Part shown: piece by piece, positions 1 through 9,189 of the stretch | Position numbering within the stretch: position 1 is the stretch's first letter | Layout: every line of letters begins with the position of its first letter | DNA from: Parcubacteria group bacterium | GTDB taxonomy: Bacteria; Patescibacteriota; Patescibacteriia; UBA1558; GWA2-36-10 | DNA: 64,000 nucleotides | Assembly (NCBI GenBank): GCA_003104935.1 | Contig: PQAE01000012.1 | Coordinates: 4,988-68,987, forward strand | Direction of reading: 5' to 3' | The notes under the pieces: generated by a model | What the model saw: only the letters and a program-made list of their open reading frames with translations | Database searches by the model: none | What the model was told of the DNA's origin: nothing | Program-made: the position numbers and the translations under genes

Positions 1-1
1 A

Positions 2-217
2 CATCGGGTATTTTTTGTTCCCGGCTACAACGGCGCCTATGTTTTCTCTTACACAGAAGATAAATTGACCCTTGCCCATGCCTTGGATATAAATCAAGCC
101 AAACGCGCCCTCTATATCAACGACAATCTCTATGTCATCGGTGCGAAATCACTATTTGTGCTCAAGGAAAGTGATTGGTCAAAAGTAAGTCAATTAGATC
201 TGAGTGAAAACAAATAA
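2..217 (+). CDS. 3' end of a gene truncated by the window edge; resembles the C-terminus of secreted beta-propeller domain proteins
   Basis: Open frame from nt 2 (HRVFFVPG...KRALYINDNLYVIG...SENK) to TAA at 215-217. Confidence 0.55.
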   Translation, partial: HRVFFVPGYNGAYVFSYTEDKLTLAHALDINQAKRALYINDNLYVIGAKSLFVLKESDWSKVSQLDLSENK

Positions 218-1010
218 TTCTCACGATTTATACCCGGAAAAAAGTCGGGTCCAAAAAAATTATTACGATCAGACGGCTAAAAACTATGACCGCTGGCATA
301 TTGAACCGGCCAGCGCCAAGATAGTAGACGGCTGGAATTTTAGCAACCTCAAAAAATTTATCGGCGCAAGGAAGATATTCCGGGCTCTGGATTTGGGTTG
401 TGGCACCGGTCGTCTAGCTAACTCTTTACTATCCATCACCGCCGAGGTCTACGGCTTAGATTTTTCAAAGGAAGTAATCAAAATTGCTCAGCAAAAATAT
501 CCCGCCCTAAAATTAACTTGCGGCCAGGTAGTTGATTTACCTTACGACAATGATATTTTTGATTTAGTGGTCATCAACGGTTCGTTACATCATTTTTTTG
601 CCGTCGAACGCACATTGAAAGAATCTAGGCGAGTCTTAAAACCGGGCGGTTTTTTTGTATTGCTCGGCGAGCCCAACAGCCAATTTTTAAAATTGTCAAA
701 TATCTTTTTTTATATTTGGCTGTTGAATCGCATTGTTGTGAATATAATTTCCTTTTTTAAAATAAACAAATCATTAGCGGAAGATATTGAGCCAGAGGCC
801 GAGTCCTATGTGCCCGCGAGGCTAAGAGAAATAATTGAGGCAGTAGGTTTTAAGGTTGTAAAATTTTACACTTATGATTATTTGACCCGCTCCGAAAGTA
901 AGTGGTGGTTGAAACACTACCGGGCTTACCTGGACTGGGAGCATAAAAACATCTCCTTGATTGTAAAAAACCGCGGTGCGGCTATCCAGTGTTTTGCCAT
1001 AAAAAAATAA
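204..1010 (+). CDS. Class I SAM-dependent methyltransferase
   Basis: LDLGCGTG motif I, GLDFS, DLPY..FDLV, RVLKPGG. Confidence 0.85.
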   Translation: MKTNNSHDLYPEKSRVQKNYYDQTAKNYDRWHIEPASAKIVDGWNFSNLKKFIGARKIFRALDLGCGTGRLANSLLSITAEVYGLDFSKEVIKIAQQKYPALKLTCGQVVDLPYDNDIFDLVVINGSLHHFFAVERTLKESRRVLKPGGFFVLLGEPNSQFLKLSNIFFYIWLLNRIVVNIISFFKINKSLAEDIEPEAESYVPARLREIIEAVGFKVVKFYTYDYLTRSESKWWLKHYRAYLDWEHKNISLIVKNRGAAIQCFAIKK

Positions 1011-1011
1011 T

Positions 1012-1911
1012 ATGCCTGCAAAAAAAATTGCAATTTTAAGCGGCGGCACCAGTAGCGAGAGAAAAATAGCCCTATTATCCGCCCGCACTGTCCTGAATTT
1101 GCTCAAGAGTAAATTTTCAGTTTGTTTATATGATTTTCCCCGCCAAATACCAGCTTTTTTGCGCAATTATAAAAAATACGATATTGCCGTACCAATATTT
1201 CACGGTAGCGGAGGCGAGGACGGCGTTGTTCAAGGATTTTTGCGGACACTGAAGATTCCTTTCGTATTTTCTGATACCGTTTCTCAAGCTATCGGTATTG
1301 ATAAAATACAGAGCAAATTGCTGGCGCGTAGCCTAAAAATTAGTACCCCGGATTATATTCTGCTCAAAAAAAATAAACCCATAAGATACAGATATCCGGT
1401 AATTGTCAAACCTATCGCCGGTGGCAGTTCTCTGGGGGTTAGCTTGGCTCGCACAGCTCCAGAATTAAAAAGAGCAATTAAGGTAGCCCTCCAATATAAA
1501 CAGGCGGTGGTAGTAGAGGATTACATCCCAGGCGATGAATATAGCGTCTCGGTTGTTGAATATCGAGGGAAAACTATAGCTTTGCCGGTCATAGCCATTA
1601 TTTCCAAAAAATCTTTTTTTGACTACCAGAGCAAATATGACCCGACATTAGCCAAGGAAATTTGTCCGGCATCGATTAATAAAACACTGTCACAGAAGTT
1701 ACAGCGATCTGCACTAGACATGCACCTGGCGTTGGGTGCGCGCCATCTGAGCCGTTCGGATTTTATTGTGTCAAAAAATAGGCTTTATTTTCTGGAGATA
1801 AACACTATCCCGGGTTTAACTAAAAACTCCCTGATCCCCAAGTCTTTACGAGCCGCTAATATTGACTTTTTAGAGCTTTTTCAGGGCTGGATGGAACATC
1901 CGACGCGTTAG
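1012..1911 (+). CDS. ddl: D-alanine--D-alanine ligase
   Basis: GGTSSER, HGSGGEDG, KP..GGSSLG, YQSKY, EINTIPGLT motifs. Confidence 0.95.
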   Translation: MPAKKIAILSGGTSSERKIALLSARTVLNLLKSKFSVCLYDFPRQIPAFLRNYKKYDIAVPIFHGSGGEDGVVQGFLRTLKIPFVFSDTVSQAIGIDKIQSKLLARSLKISTPDYILLKKNKPIRYRYPVIVKPIAGGSSLGVSLARTAPELKRAIKVALQYKQAVVVEDYIPGDEYSVSVVEYRGKTIALPVIAIISKKSFFDYQSKYDPTLAKEICPASINKTLSQKLQRSALDMHLALGARHLSRSDFIVSKNRLYFLEINTIPGLTKNSLIPKSLRAANIDFLELFQGWMEHPTR

Positions 1912-1976
1912 GTTTTCTGCTTGCCAAAATTAATAAATATGCTAAAATAGCCACATTGTTTATTTTTTATCAAACT

Positions 1977-3644
1977 ATGAATAAATACAACCAGCCCGCC
2001 TTGCGAGGGCAGATTTCAAAAAATACTGTACGCGCTACTTTTATATTTATATTTATACTGACTTTTTTGGCGGTGCTGATCGATCTGCCACAATCCTGGG
2101 GCTGGTTTAACAAGTATAAAATTCATTTGGGATTGGATCTGCAGGGCGGTACACATCTGGTATATCAGGCGGACGTTTCCCAGGTGCCGACTTCTGAGCA
2201 GAAAGATAGCGTCGAAGCCCTGCGCAACGTCATCGAAAGACGGGTTAATGTTTATGGCGTGTCTGAACCCATAGTCCAAACCAACTATAGCGGCAATAAC
2301 GCCCGCATCATTGTGGAACTAGCCGGCGTTAAAAATATTAATGATGCCATTGCTATTATTGATAAAACTCCCCAGCTTGATTTCCGACTACAGTCCGCCG
2401 CTCCGGTTAGTGCGACCTCTACATCTACCGATGAAATCAGGAAGAAAGCCGAAGAAGTCCTAAAGCGCGTTTTAGCAGGAGAAGATTTTGCTAAACTGGC
2501 CCAACAATATAGTGAAGATCCCGGATCTAAAGACAAAGGTGGTGATTTACCTTGGGTAACGGAAGGTAAATTCGTACCGGAGTTTGATCAGGCAATTTTT
2601 AAAGATCTCAAACCTGGGCAAATATCCAAGACATTGGTGGAGTCCCAATTTGGCTACCACATAATAAAAAAAATAGAGGAACAGGTAAATGAACAGGGTC
2701 AGATTGAAGTTCATGCCGCCCACATATTATTCAGCAAACCCAATGCCGATTTGACCGATGTTAATTGGATAGCCGCCGGCCTGACCGGACGTCATATCAA
2801 GAAAGCCAGTCTGAACTTTGACCCCAATACTCAACAGCCGCTGGTAATGGTCGAGTTTAATGATGAAGGAAAATCACTTTTTGGAAAAATTACCACAGCT
2901 AACATCGGCAAGCCTGTCGGAATATTTTTAGACAACGAGCTGATTTCCAGCCCGACTGTGCAAGAGGCCATCACCGACGGACGCGCCCAGATTTCGGGAA
3001 AGTTTACAGTCAATGAAGCCAAACAATTAGTTAAGGACCTGAACCTCGGCGCTCTACCGGTGCCGATTCAGCTGATAAGCCAACAAACCGTTGGCGCTAC
3101 TTTAGGTGATATTTACGTCAAAAAATCGCTGATCGCCGGTATTATTGGCTTTTTAGCCGCCGCTTTATTTATGCTTATTTATTATCGCTTACCCGGCTTT
3201 ATTTCAGTCTTGGCTCTGGGTATTTATACTGCTATTGCTTTAGCTATTTTTATTCTGATACCGGTAACTATGACCATGGCGGGAGTGGCCGGCTTTATCC
3301 TTTCTATCGGCATGGCAGTCGATGCTAACGTGCTGATTTTTGAGAGGACAAAGGAAGAATTAATCGAAGGTAAGAGCTTGTATACGGCAGTAGAAAATGG
3401 TTTTCACCGGGCCTGGTCTTCGATTCGTGATTCCAATATTTCTTCCATTATCACCTGTATTATTTTAGCCTGGTTTGGCACCTCGATTATCAAAGGCTTT
3501 GCCATCACCTTGGGCATCGGTATTTTGATCTCCATGTTTTCGGCCATCACCGTTACCCGCACTTTTTTGCGCTTAGTGGTCAGTAGAAAATTAGAATCCA
3601 AGCTGGGTTGGTTTGGAGTGAACACTATTAATAAAGTTGATTAG
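1977..3644 (+). CDS. secD: Protein translocase subunit SecD with inserted parvulin-type PPIase domain
   Basis: LGLDLQGG, IERRVN..GVSEP, GMAVDANVLIFER, IRDSN; ATG 1977 preferred over TTG 1956. Confidence 0.95.
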   Translation: MNKYNQPALRGQISKNTVRATFIFIFILTFLAVLIDLPQSWGWFNKYKIHLGLDLQGGTHLVYQADVSQVPTSEQKDSVEALRNVIERRVNVYGVSEPIVQTNYSGNNARIIVELAGVKNINDAIAIIDKTPQLDFRLQSAAPVSATSTSTDEIRKKAEEVLKRVLAGEDFAKLAQQYSEDPGSKDKGGDLPWVTEGKFVPEFDQAIFKDLKPGQISKTLVESQFGYHIIKKIEEQVNEQGQIEVHAAHILFSKPNADLTDVNWIAAGLTGRHIKKASLNFDPNTQQPLVMVEFNDEGKSLFGKITTANIGKPVGIFLDNELISSPTVQEAITDGRAQISGKFTVNEAKQLVKDLNLGALPVPIQLISQQTVGATLGDIYVKKSLIAGIIGFLAAALFMLIYYRLPGFISVLALGIYTAIALAIFILIPVTMTMAGVAGFILSIGMAVDANVLIFERTKEELIEGKSLYTAVENGFHRAWSSIRDSNISSIITCIILAWFGTSIIKGFAITLGIGILISMFSAITVTRTFLRLVVSRKLESKLGWFGVNTINKVD

Positions 3645-3648
3645 TTGT

Positions 3649-4560
3649 ATGTATAACATCATAGGAAAAAGAAAATTTTGGTTGTGGTTTTCCGGGATTT
3701 TGATGACCGGATCTATCTTGCTTTTGGCTGTATTTGGCCTGAAGCCGGGGATTGATTTTACCGGCGGCAGTTTGCTTGATGTGAGCTATAGCGTCCAGCG
3801 GCCTTCAGCCGACCAGATTAGCGACGCCTTAGCCGACCAGAAACTGCAGGATTTAAAAATTCAGCCCAGTGGCGAGAAGGATTTTCTGATCAGATTCCAA
3901 AATACCGATGAACCCACACACCAGGCTGTACTGGCAAAGCTGAAAGATATTAAAATCGAGACTGCGCCCGATAATACATTTATTGAAAACCGTTTTGACG
4001 CTATTGGTCCTGTTATCGGGGAGGAATTGCGCAACAAGGCGATTCAGGGAATTGCTTTGGTTTTAATATTTATCGTATTATATATTGCCTGGGCGTTTCG
4101 CAAGGTCTCTCGTCCGGTTGCCTCTTGGAAATACGGTGTGGCGGCTATCATCGCCCTGATTCACGATATTACCATCGTCACGGGGATCTTTGCCCTGTTT
4201 GGAGTTCTATTTGGCACCGAGGTTGACAGTTTATTTGTAACCGCGCTGTTGACTATCCTGGGTTTTTCAGTGCATGACACTATCGTCACCTTTGACCGCA
4301 CCAGAGAAAATCTGCACAAAAGGCAGGACTTGGAGTTTGAAGATGTGCTTAACCTCAGTATTAACGAGACTATGGTGCGATCACTCAATACTTCAATCGT
4401 GACTTTGCTTGCACTGTCGGCCGTATATCTGTTCGGCGGTGAAAGCACTAAAAATTTTACTACGGCTCTGTTATTCGGTATTGTTTTTGGAACTTATTCC
4501 TCAATCTTTGTGGCCTCACCGATACTTTTGCTTTGGAACAGGCAAAAAAGGACTAGCTAG
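3649..4560 (+). CDS. secF: Protein translocase subunit SecF
   Basis: GIDFTGGS, LIHD, GFSVHDTIVTFDRTREN, GTYSSIFVA. Confidence 0.95.
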   Translation: MYNIIGKRKFWLWFSGILMTGSILLLAVFGLKPGIDFTGGSLLDVSYSVQRPSADQISDALADQKLQDLKIQPSGEKDFLIRFQNTDEPTHQAVLAKLKDIKIETAPDNTFIENRFDAIGPVIGEELRNKAIQGIALVLIFIVLYIAWAFRKVSRPVASWKYGVAAIIALIHDITIVTGIFALFGVLFGTEVDSLFVTALLTILGFSVHDTIVTFDRTRENLHKRQDLEFEDVLNLSINETMVRSLNTSIVTLLALSAVYLFGGESTKNFTTALLFGIVFGTYSSIFVASPILLLWNRQKRTS

Positions 4561-4581
4561 CAAATTATTATAAATGTTATC

Positions 4582-4609
4582 AAACCTCTATGGTCCATAG
4601 AGGTTTTTT
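4582..4609 (+). terminator. Intrinsic terminator after secF
   Basis: aaacctctatgg-t-ccatagaggttt inverted repeat followed by T tract. Confidence 0.75.
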
Positions 4610-4699
4610 GTTGTAAATTATAACACTATTGACTAATTTTATAAAATATGGTAATGTATGAAGGATTTTAAAAAATGTCAAAAAATAAGGCAAAAAACC

Positions 4700-5800
4700 A
4701 TGAATTCCATATTAGATAAAGTAATAAGCTCCAAACACCTGTCAAGTCTGGCGGATTTTGACCCGCATCAGACGCTGGCTAGTATTTTGCAGGCGTTATC
4801 AGAACGGGAGCAGGAAATCATCAAGCTTCGCCATGGTCTGGCTAACTACGAAAAAAAGACTTTGGAAGATATCGGCAAAAAGTACAATATTACCAGAGAA
4901 AGAGTACGCCAAATTGAAAATAGCTCGCTAAAAAAAATTACGAAAAATTTTAATCAGAGCTACCTCAAAGAAATTGAATTACTGGCGAATTCTACTTTAG
5001 CGGAACACGGTGGCATGATGTCAGAAGATAACCTAACCGGCGAGCTTTTGGTTATGCCCGGCGAAAGTCAGGAGAACAAAGCGGCCATCCGTTTTATACT
5101 GAATGAATTACTAAGCCATCGCTTCTATCTGGTTAAGGAAGGCAAAGACTATTACAGTTTTTGGAAAACTCCGGAGTCTTCGCTGGACTATTTCCATAAT
5201 ATTATTGATAATATCGTTTCCTTGGTGGACAATCACGGACAGGCGCTACCGGCTGATAACCTCATAGATCAAATAAAGCAGGCCGAGTTTTTTACCACAG
5301 ACGAAGCACTGACGGAAAAAATGATTTTAAACTTCTTGCAAATCACTAAAAAATTAGGAGCTAATCCCTACAATGAGTGGGGTTTGGTAAGCTGGCCGGA
5401 TATCACCCCGCGCCGCATGAACGATAAAATATACCTGGTGCTCAAAAAGGAAAATAAACCTCTACACTTTACGGAGATTGCCGAAAAAATTAATCAGATG
5501 TCATTTGACGAACGCCAAGCTTTCCCGGCCACTATTCATAACGAGCTGATCCTAGATGACAAGTATGTCCTGGTAGGCCGTGGCATCTACGCCCTCAAAG
5601 ATTGGGGTTACAAGCCGGGAGTAGTCAGTGATGTGATATATGACATTCTCAAGGATGCCGGCCGACCACTTTCCAAAAAAGAAATCATAGAGGAAGTAAT
5701 GAAGAAACGCATGATCAAGCAGACCACCATCACTTTGGCTCTGATGAATAGAGATAAATTTAGCCGCGACGAAAAAGGAAGATATTCAATAAAACAGTAA
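4700..5800 (+). CDS. Sigma70 region-4 HTH protein with C-terminal HARE-HTH/RNAP-delta-like winged helices
   Basis: LSEREQEIIKLRHGL..TLEDIGKKYNITRERVRQIE; KPLHFTEIA..TIHNELILD..YVLVGRGIYALKDWG. ATG 4700 chosen because 4658 lies against a predicted -10 (TTGACT-17-TAATGT). Confidence 0.75.
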   Translation: MNSILDKVISSKHLSSLADFDPHQTLASILQALSEREQEIIKLRHGLANYEKKTLEDIGKKYNITRERVRQIENSSLKKITKNFNQSYLKEIELLANSTLAEHGGMMSEDNLTGELLVMPGESQENKAAIRFILNELLSHRFYLVKEGKDYYSFWKTPESSLDYFHNIIDNIVSLVDNHGQALPADNLIDQIKQAEFFTTDEALTEKMILNFLQITKKLGANPYNEWGLVSWPDITPRRMNDKIYLVLKKENKPLHFTEIAEKINQMSFDERQAFPATIHNELILDDKYVLVGRGIYALKDWGYKPGVVSDVIYDILKDAGRPLSKKEIIEEVMKKRMIKQTTITLALMNRDKFSRDEKGRYSIKQ

Positions 5801-5813
5801 TAAGATTTTTTAC

Positions 5814-5851
5814 AAAACAACTCGCTGCCCCCTCGGTGCCGGGTTGTTTTT
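5814..5851 (+). terminator. Probable intrinsic terminator
   Basis: aaaacaactcg...cgggttgtttt imperfect hairpin plus T tract. Confidence 0.55.
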
Positions 5852-5903
5852 GTTTGCACTCTTTATAAAAAGCTACAAAACAGGTATAATATAGACAATC
5901 AAT

Positions 5904-7409
5904 ATGGAATTTGCCATCGATCTCTCGGTTTTCAGCAATTTTAGCCAACTCGGTCCTCTGAGCATGGTTTGGATTGTTTTTATTAACGGCGGCTGGATCG
6001 TTTTTGTTTGGTTTTTTATCAACGCCTGTTACCTGGTCTGGCTGTTCCGTAAACAAAATCAATGGTTTGCCACTAACGAATATATGATCCTGGCCGTTGA
6101 TATTCCCAAAGATACCGAACAGACGCCGAAGGCGGTGGAGCAATTATTTGCCACTATTTCCGGGGCACACACGCCACTGAGTTACAAAGAGTTATGGTGG
6201 CAAGGCAAGTTTCAGCTGGCTTTTCAGTTTGAGATTATTAGCATTGACGGTTATATCCAATTTTTGATTCGCACACCGAGACAATGGCGAGATCTGGTGG
6301 AAAGTGCCATTTATTCACAATATCCCGACGCGGAGATAACCGAGGTAGAGGATTATGTTAATACAGTGCCCGACAAATATCCCAATGATACCCATAATAT
6401 CTGGGGCACTGAGGTAATCTTGGCCCGCAACGATGTTTTCCCGATAAAAACCTACAAGGAGTTTGAGGACAGTGTTTCCGGTGAGTTTAAGGACCCACTG
6501 GCTTCCTTATTGGAAACCATGAGTAAAATTAAAAAGGGCGAGCAGGTTTGGATTCAGATTATTGTAAAGCCGACAGGTTTTGAGTGGACTGCCAAGAGTT
6601 CCAAGATGGCCTATAAAATTGCGGGCAAGAAAGTACCGGAGAAAAAAAACGGCTGGTCTAGTTGGCTTTCTCCATTCACCGGATTGATATTTTTGACGAC
6701 CGGAGAGGAAATGTTTTTTCAAACCGGAGGAGGTAGTAAACCCAGTGTTCAAAAAGAACCGATGCCGAGCATGATGTTACATCTAACTCCGGGTGAACGA
6801 TTGGGCGTAGAAGCCATAGAACGAAAAGCCAGTAAGATCGGTTTTGAATGTAAAATAAGACTTATCTATATATCGCCTCTGGAGCTTTTTCAGTCTTCGC
6901 GCGTTGTCTCTTCAGTTTTCGGATCGTTGAAACAATTTAATACTCTTGACCTCAATGCTTTTAAACCTGACCCGCGGACGAAAACGCAGATTATGTATTT
7001 TTTTATCAAATCGCGGATCGCTGCGCGTCGTCGCTACATCATGGAAGGGTATAAAAAACGTAGCGGCATGATGGGTCATAGCCCTTTTATATTAAATACG
7101 GAGGAGCTGGCTACGCTTTGGCACTTCCCAGCCAGGGATATTAAGGCGCCGCTTCTGCAAAAAACCGAGTCTAAGAAATCAGAACCGCCTTCGAGTTTGC
7201 CCATTGAATCTATGGAGAAAACCAGACAAACTGACTATAGTGAATTGCGCCGACAATTGCGTGAAAGCACTAAACCCGATCAACCCGCCTTTGATCTGAT
7301 GGACAAGCATTATGAACACAGATTTGCCAAGAAAAACGCATTGTCGACGCAACGGCCCGCCTCAACTACCCACAAAGGCGAACCGCCGGCTAATTTACCT
7401 TTAGGCTAA
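5904..7409 (+). CDS. Membrane-anchored conserved hypothetical protein, partner of the downstream ATPase
   Basis: N-terminal TM segment; FEIIS.DG.IQF, AIYSQYPDAEITEVEDY, LNTEELATLWHFP motifs; 1 nt from next gene. Confidence 0.7.
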   Translation: MEFAIDLSVFSNFSQLGPLSMVWIVFINGGWIVFVWFFINACYLVWLFRKQNQWFATNEYMILAVDIPKDTEQTPKAVEQLFATISGAHTPLSYKELWWQGKFQLAFQFEIISIDGYIQFLIRTPRQWRDLVESAIYSQYPDAEITEVEDYVNTVPDKYPNDTHNIWGTEVILARNDVFPIKTYKEFEDSVSGEFKDPLASLLETMSKIKKGEQVWIQIIVKPTGFEWTAKSSKMAYKIAGKKVPEKKNGWSSWLSPFTGLIFLTTGEEMFFQTGGGSKPSVQKEPMPSMMLHLTPGERLGVEAIERKASKIGFECKIRLIYISPLELFQSSRVVSSVFGSLKQFNTLDLNAFKPDPRTKTQIMYFFIKSRIAARRRYIMEGYKKRSGMMGHSPFILNTEELATLWHFPARDIKAPLLQKTESKKSEPPSSLPIESMEKTRQTDYSELRRQLRESTKPDQPAFDLMDKHYEHRFAKKNALSTQRPASTTHKGEPPANLPLG

Positions 7410-7410
7410 T

Positions 7411-9138
7411 ATGCTAGATAATAAAAAAGTAACCGTTTTTGCCGAAACTAATTATCGGCGCTCAAATGTAAAATTTGGCATCAAAACCGACGACCGACGC
7501 CGGCATATGTATTTTATTGGTAAAACGGGCATGGGTAAATCAACGGTGCTGGAAAATATGATTATTCAGGATATTCAGTCGGGCTTGGGCGTCTGTGTTG
7601 TTGACCCGCACGGTGATTTGGTGGAAAAAGTAATCAGTTTCGTACCTACGCATCGCATTAATGATGTTATTTATTTTAATCCGTCAGATTTAGCCTACCC
7701 TATAGCCTTTAACGTCTTAGAAAGCGTAGATCCGGAACAACGTCACCTGGTTGTTTCCGGCTTAATCGGCGTCTTTAAAAAAATCTGGGCGGATTCCTGG
7801 GGCCCGCGGTTGGAATACGTCCTGCACCATGCGATTTCCGCCTTGCTGGAATACCCCGGATCTACCTTGTTGGGAATCATGCGCATGCTGGTAGACAAAA
7901 CCTTCCGCAAAAAAGTTGTTGAGAAAATATCTGACCCGGTTGTTAAAGCTTTTTGGATTGACGAATATTCCAAATATCCCGACCGTTTCCAATCTGAGGC
8001 CATCGCCCCTATCCAAAATAAAGTCGGCCGTTTTTTGTCATCTGCCCTGATAAGAAATATTCTGGGACAGGTAAAGTCTTCCTTTTCCATGCGGGAGATA
8101 ATGGACCAGCAGAAAATATTGCTACTAAACCTATCCAAAGGTCGCGTCGGAGAAGACAATTCGGCCTTACTCGGCGCCATGATGATCACCAAGATCCAAT
8201 TAGCCGCCATGAGTCGCATTGATACGCCGGAGATAGAACGCAAGGATTTTTATCTCTACGTAGACGAATTTCAAAACTTTGCTACCGAATCTTTCGCCAA
8301 TATTTTATCCGAAGCCAGAAAATACCGATTAAATCTTATTATTGCCCATCAATATATCGAACAGGTGGAGGAAACTATTCAGGCCGCTGTTTTTGGCAAT
8401 GTCGGGACTATAGTGGTCTTTAGAATCGGGGCGGCCGACGCCGAATATCTGGAAAACGAATTTACTCCGACCTTTACACCCGAGGACCTGGTTAACCTAT
8501 CAAAATTTGAGGTTTATATAAAATTAATGATTGATGGTGTGACTTCCGAAGCCTTTTCTGCCCGAACCTTGCCGCCTGTGGAAATGCCGGAAAATGATTC
8601 CGAGGTTCGCGAAAAAATCATCAGTGTTTCACGCGAGCGCTATGCCAAACCCCGAGAAGTTATTGAAGAAAAAATTACCCGCTGGAGCGAGACTCTATTA
8701 GAAGAGTCTGCTCAGGCGCAACGGGAAGTCAGCACGGCCGGGCAGAAAAAACCAACACTAAGTAAGCCAAAAAAGCATGTGCTGACCGAAGTAAATTGCG
8801 ACTTCTGCGGTAAGGAAACGGAAATAAATTTTATCCCTGACCCGACCAAACCTATTTATTGTAAAGAATGTCTTTCCTTGTCCAAGGCTGGGAAGATACC
8901 GGCGCCTTCTAGCATAAAGGTAGTGTCCGGTAACAAACGAGCCAAGGAATCGGAACACTTTATGTCTCTGTCTGAAGCTATGCATATCAGGCCAAATAAC
9001 CATCCGGGGCCGGCAACGGCGGATGCGGACGATGATGATGACACCGACATAGAGCAAACGACTAAATTATCTGTGCCGATAAGCAATCCGCAATCATCTG
9101 AAAAAAGTTTGCCTCGGGGTAAAATCATCAATTTTTAA
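7411..9138 (+). CDS. TraD/VirD4/HerA-like P-loop ATPase with C-terminal CxxC-x17-CxxC zinc finger
   Basis: Walker A GKTGMGKS, DPHGD, Walker B LYVDEFQNF, SEARKY; CDFC...CKEC. Confidence 0.85.
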   Translation: MLDNKKVTVFAETNYRRSNVKFGIKTDDRRRHMYFIGKTGMGKSTVLENMIIQDIQSGLGVCVVDPHGDLVEKVISFVPTHRINDVIYFNPSDLAYPIAFNVLESVDPEQRHLVVSGLIGVFKKIWADSWGPRLEYVLHHAISALLEYPGSTLLGIMRMLVDKTFRKKVVEKISDPVVKAFWIDEYSKYPDRFQSEAIAPIQNKVGRFLSSALIRNILGQVKSSFSMREIMDQQKILLLNLSKGRVGEDNSALLGAMMITKIQLAAMSRIDTPEIERKDFYLYVDEFQNFATESFANILSEARKYRLNLIIAHQYIEQVEETIQAAVFGNVGTIVVFRIGAADAEYLENEFTPTFTPEDLVNLSKFEVYIKLMIDGVTSEAFSARTLPPVEMPENDSEVREKIISVSRERYAKPREVIEEKITRWSETLLEESAQAQREVSTAGQKKPTLSKPKKHVLTEVNCDFCGKETEINFIPDPTKPIYCKECLSLSKAGKIPAPSSIKVVSGNKRAKESEHFMSLSEAMHIRPNNHPGPATADADDDDDTDIEQTTKLSVPISNPQSSEKSLPRGKIINF

Positions 9139-9189
9139 ACTTGTATTTTTCACTTTCTCACTTGCTTTTTTTACTTTTAACTAAAGATC

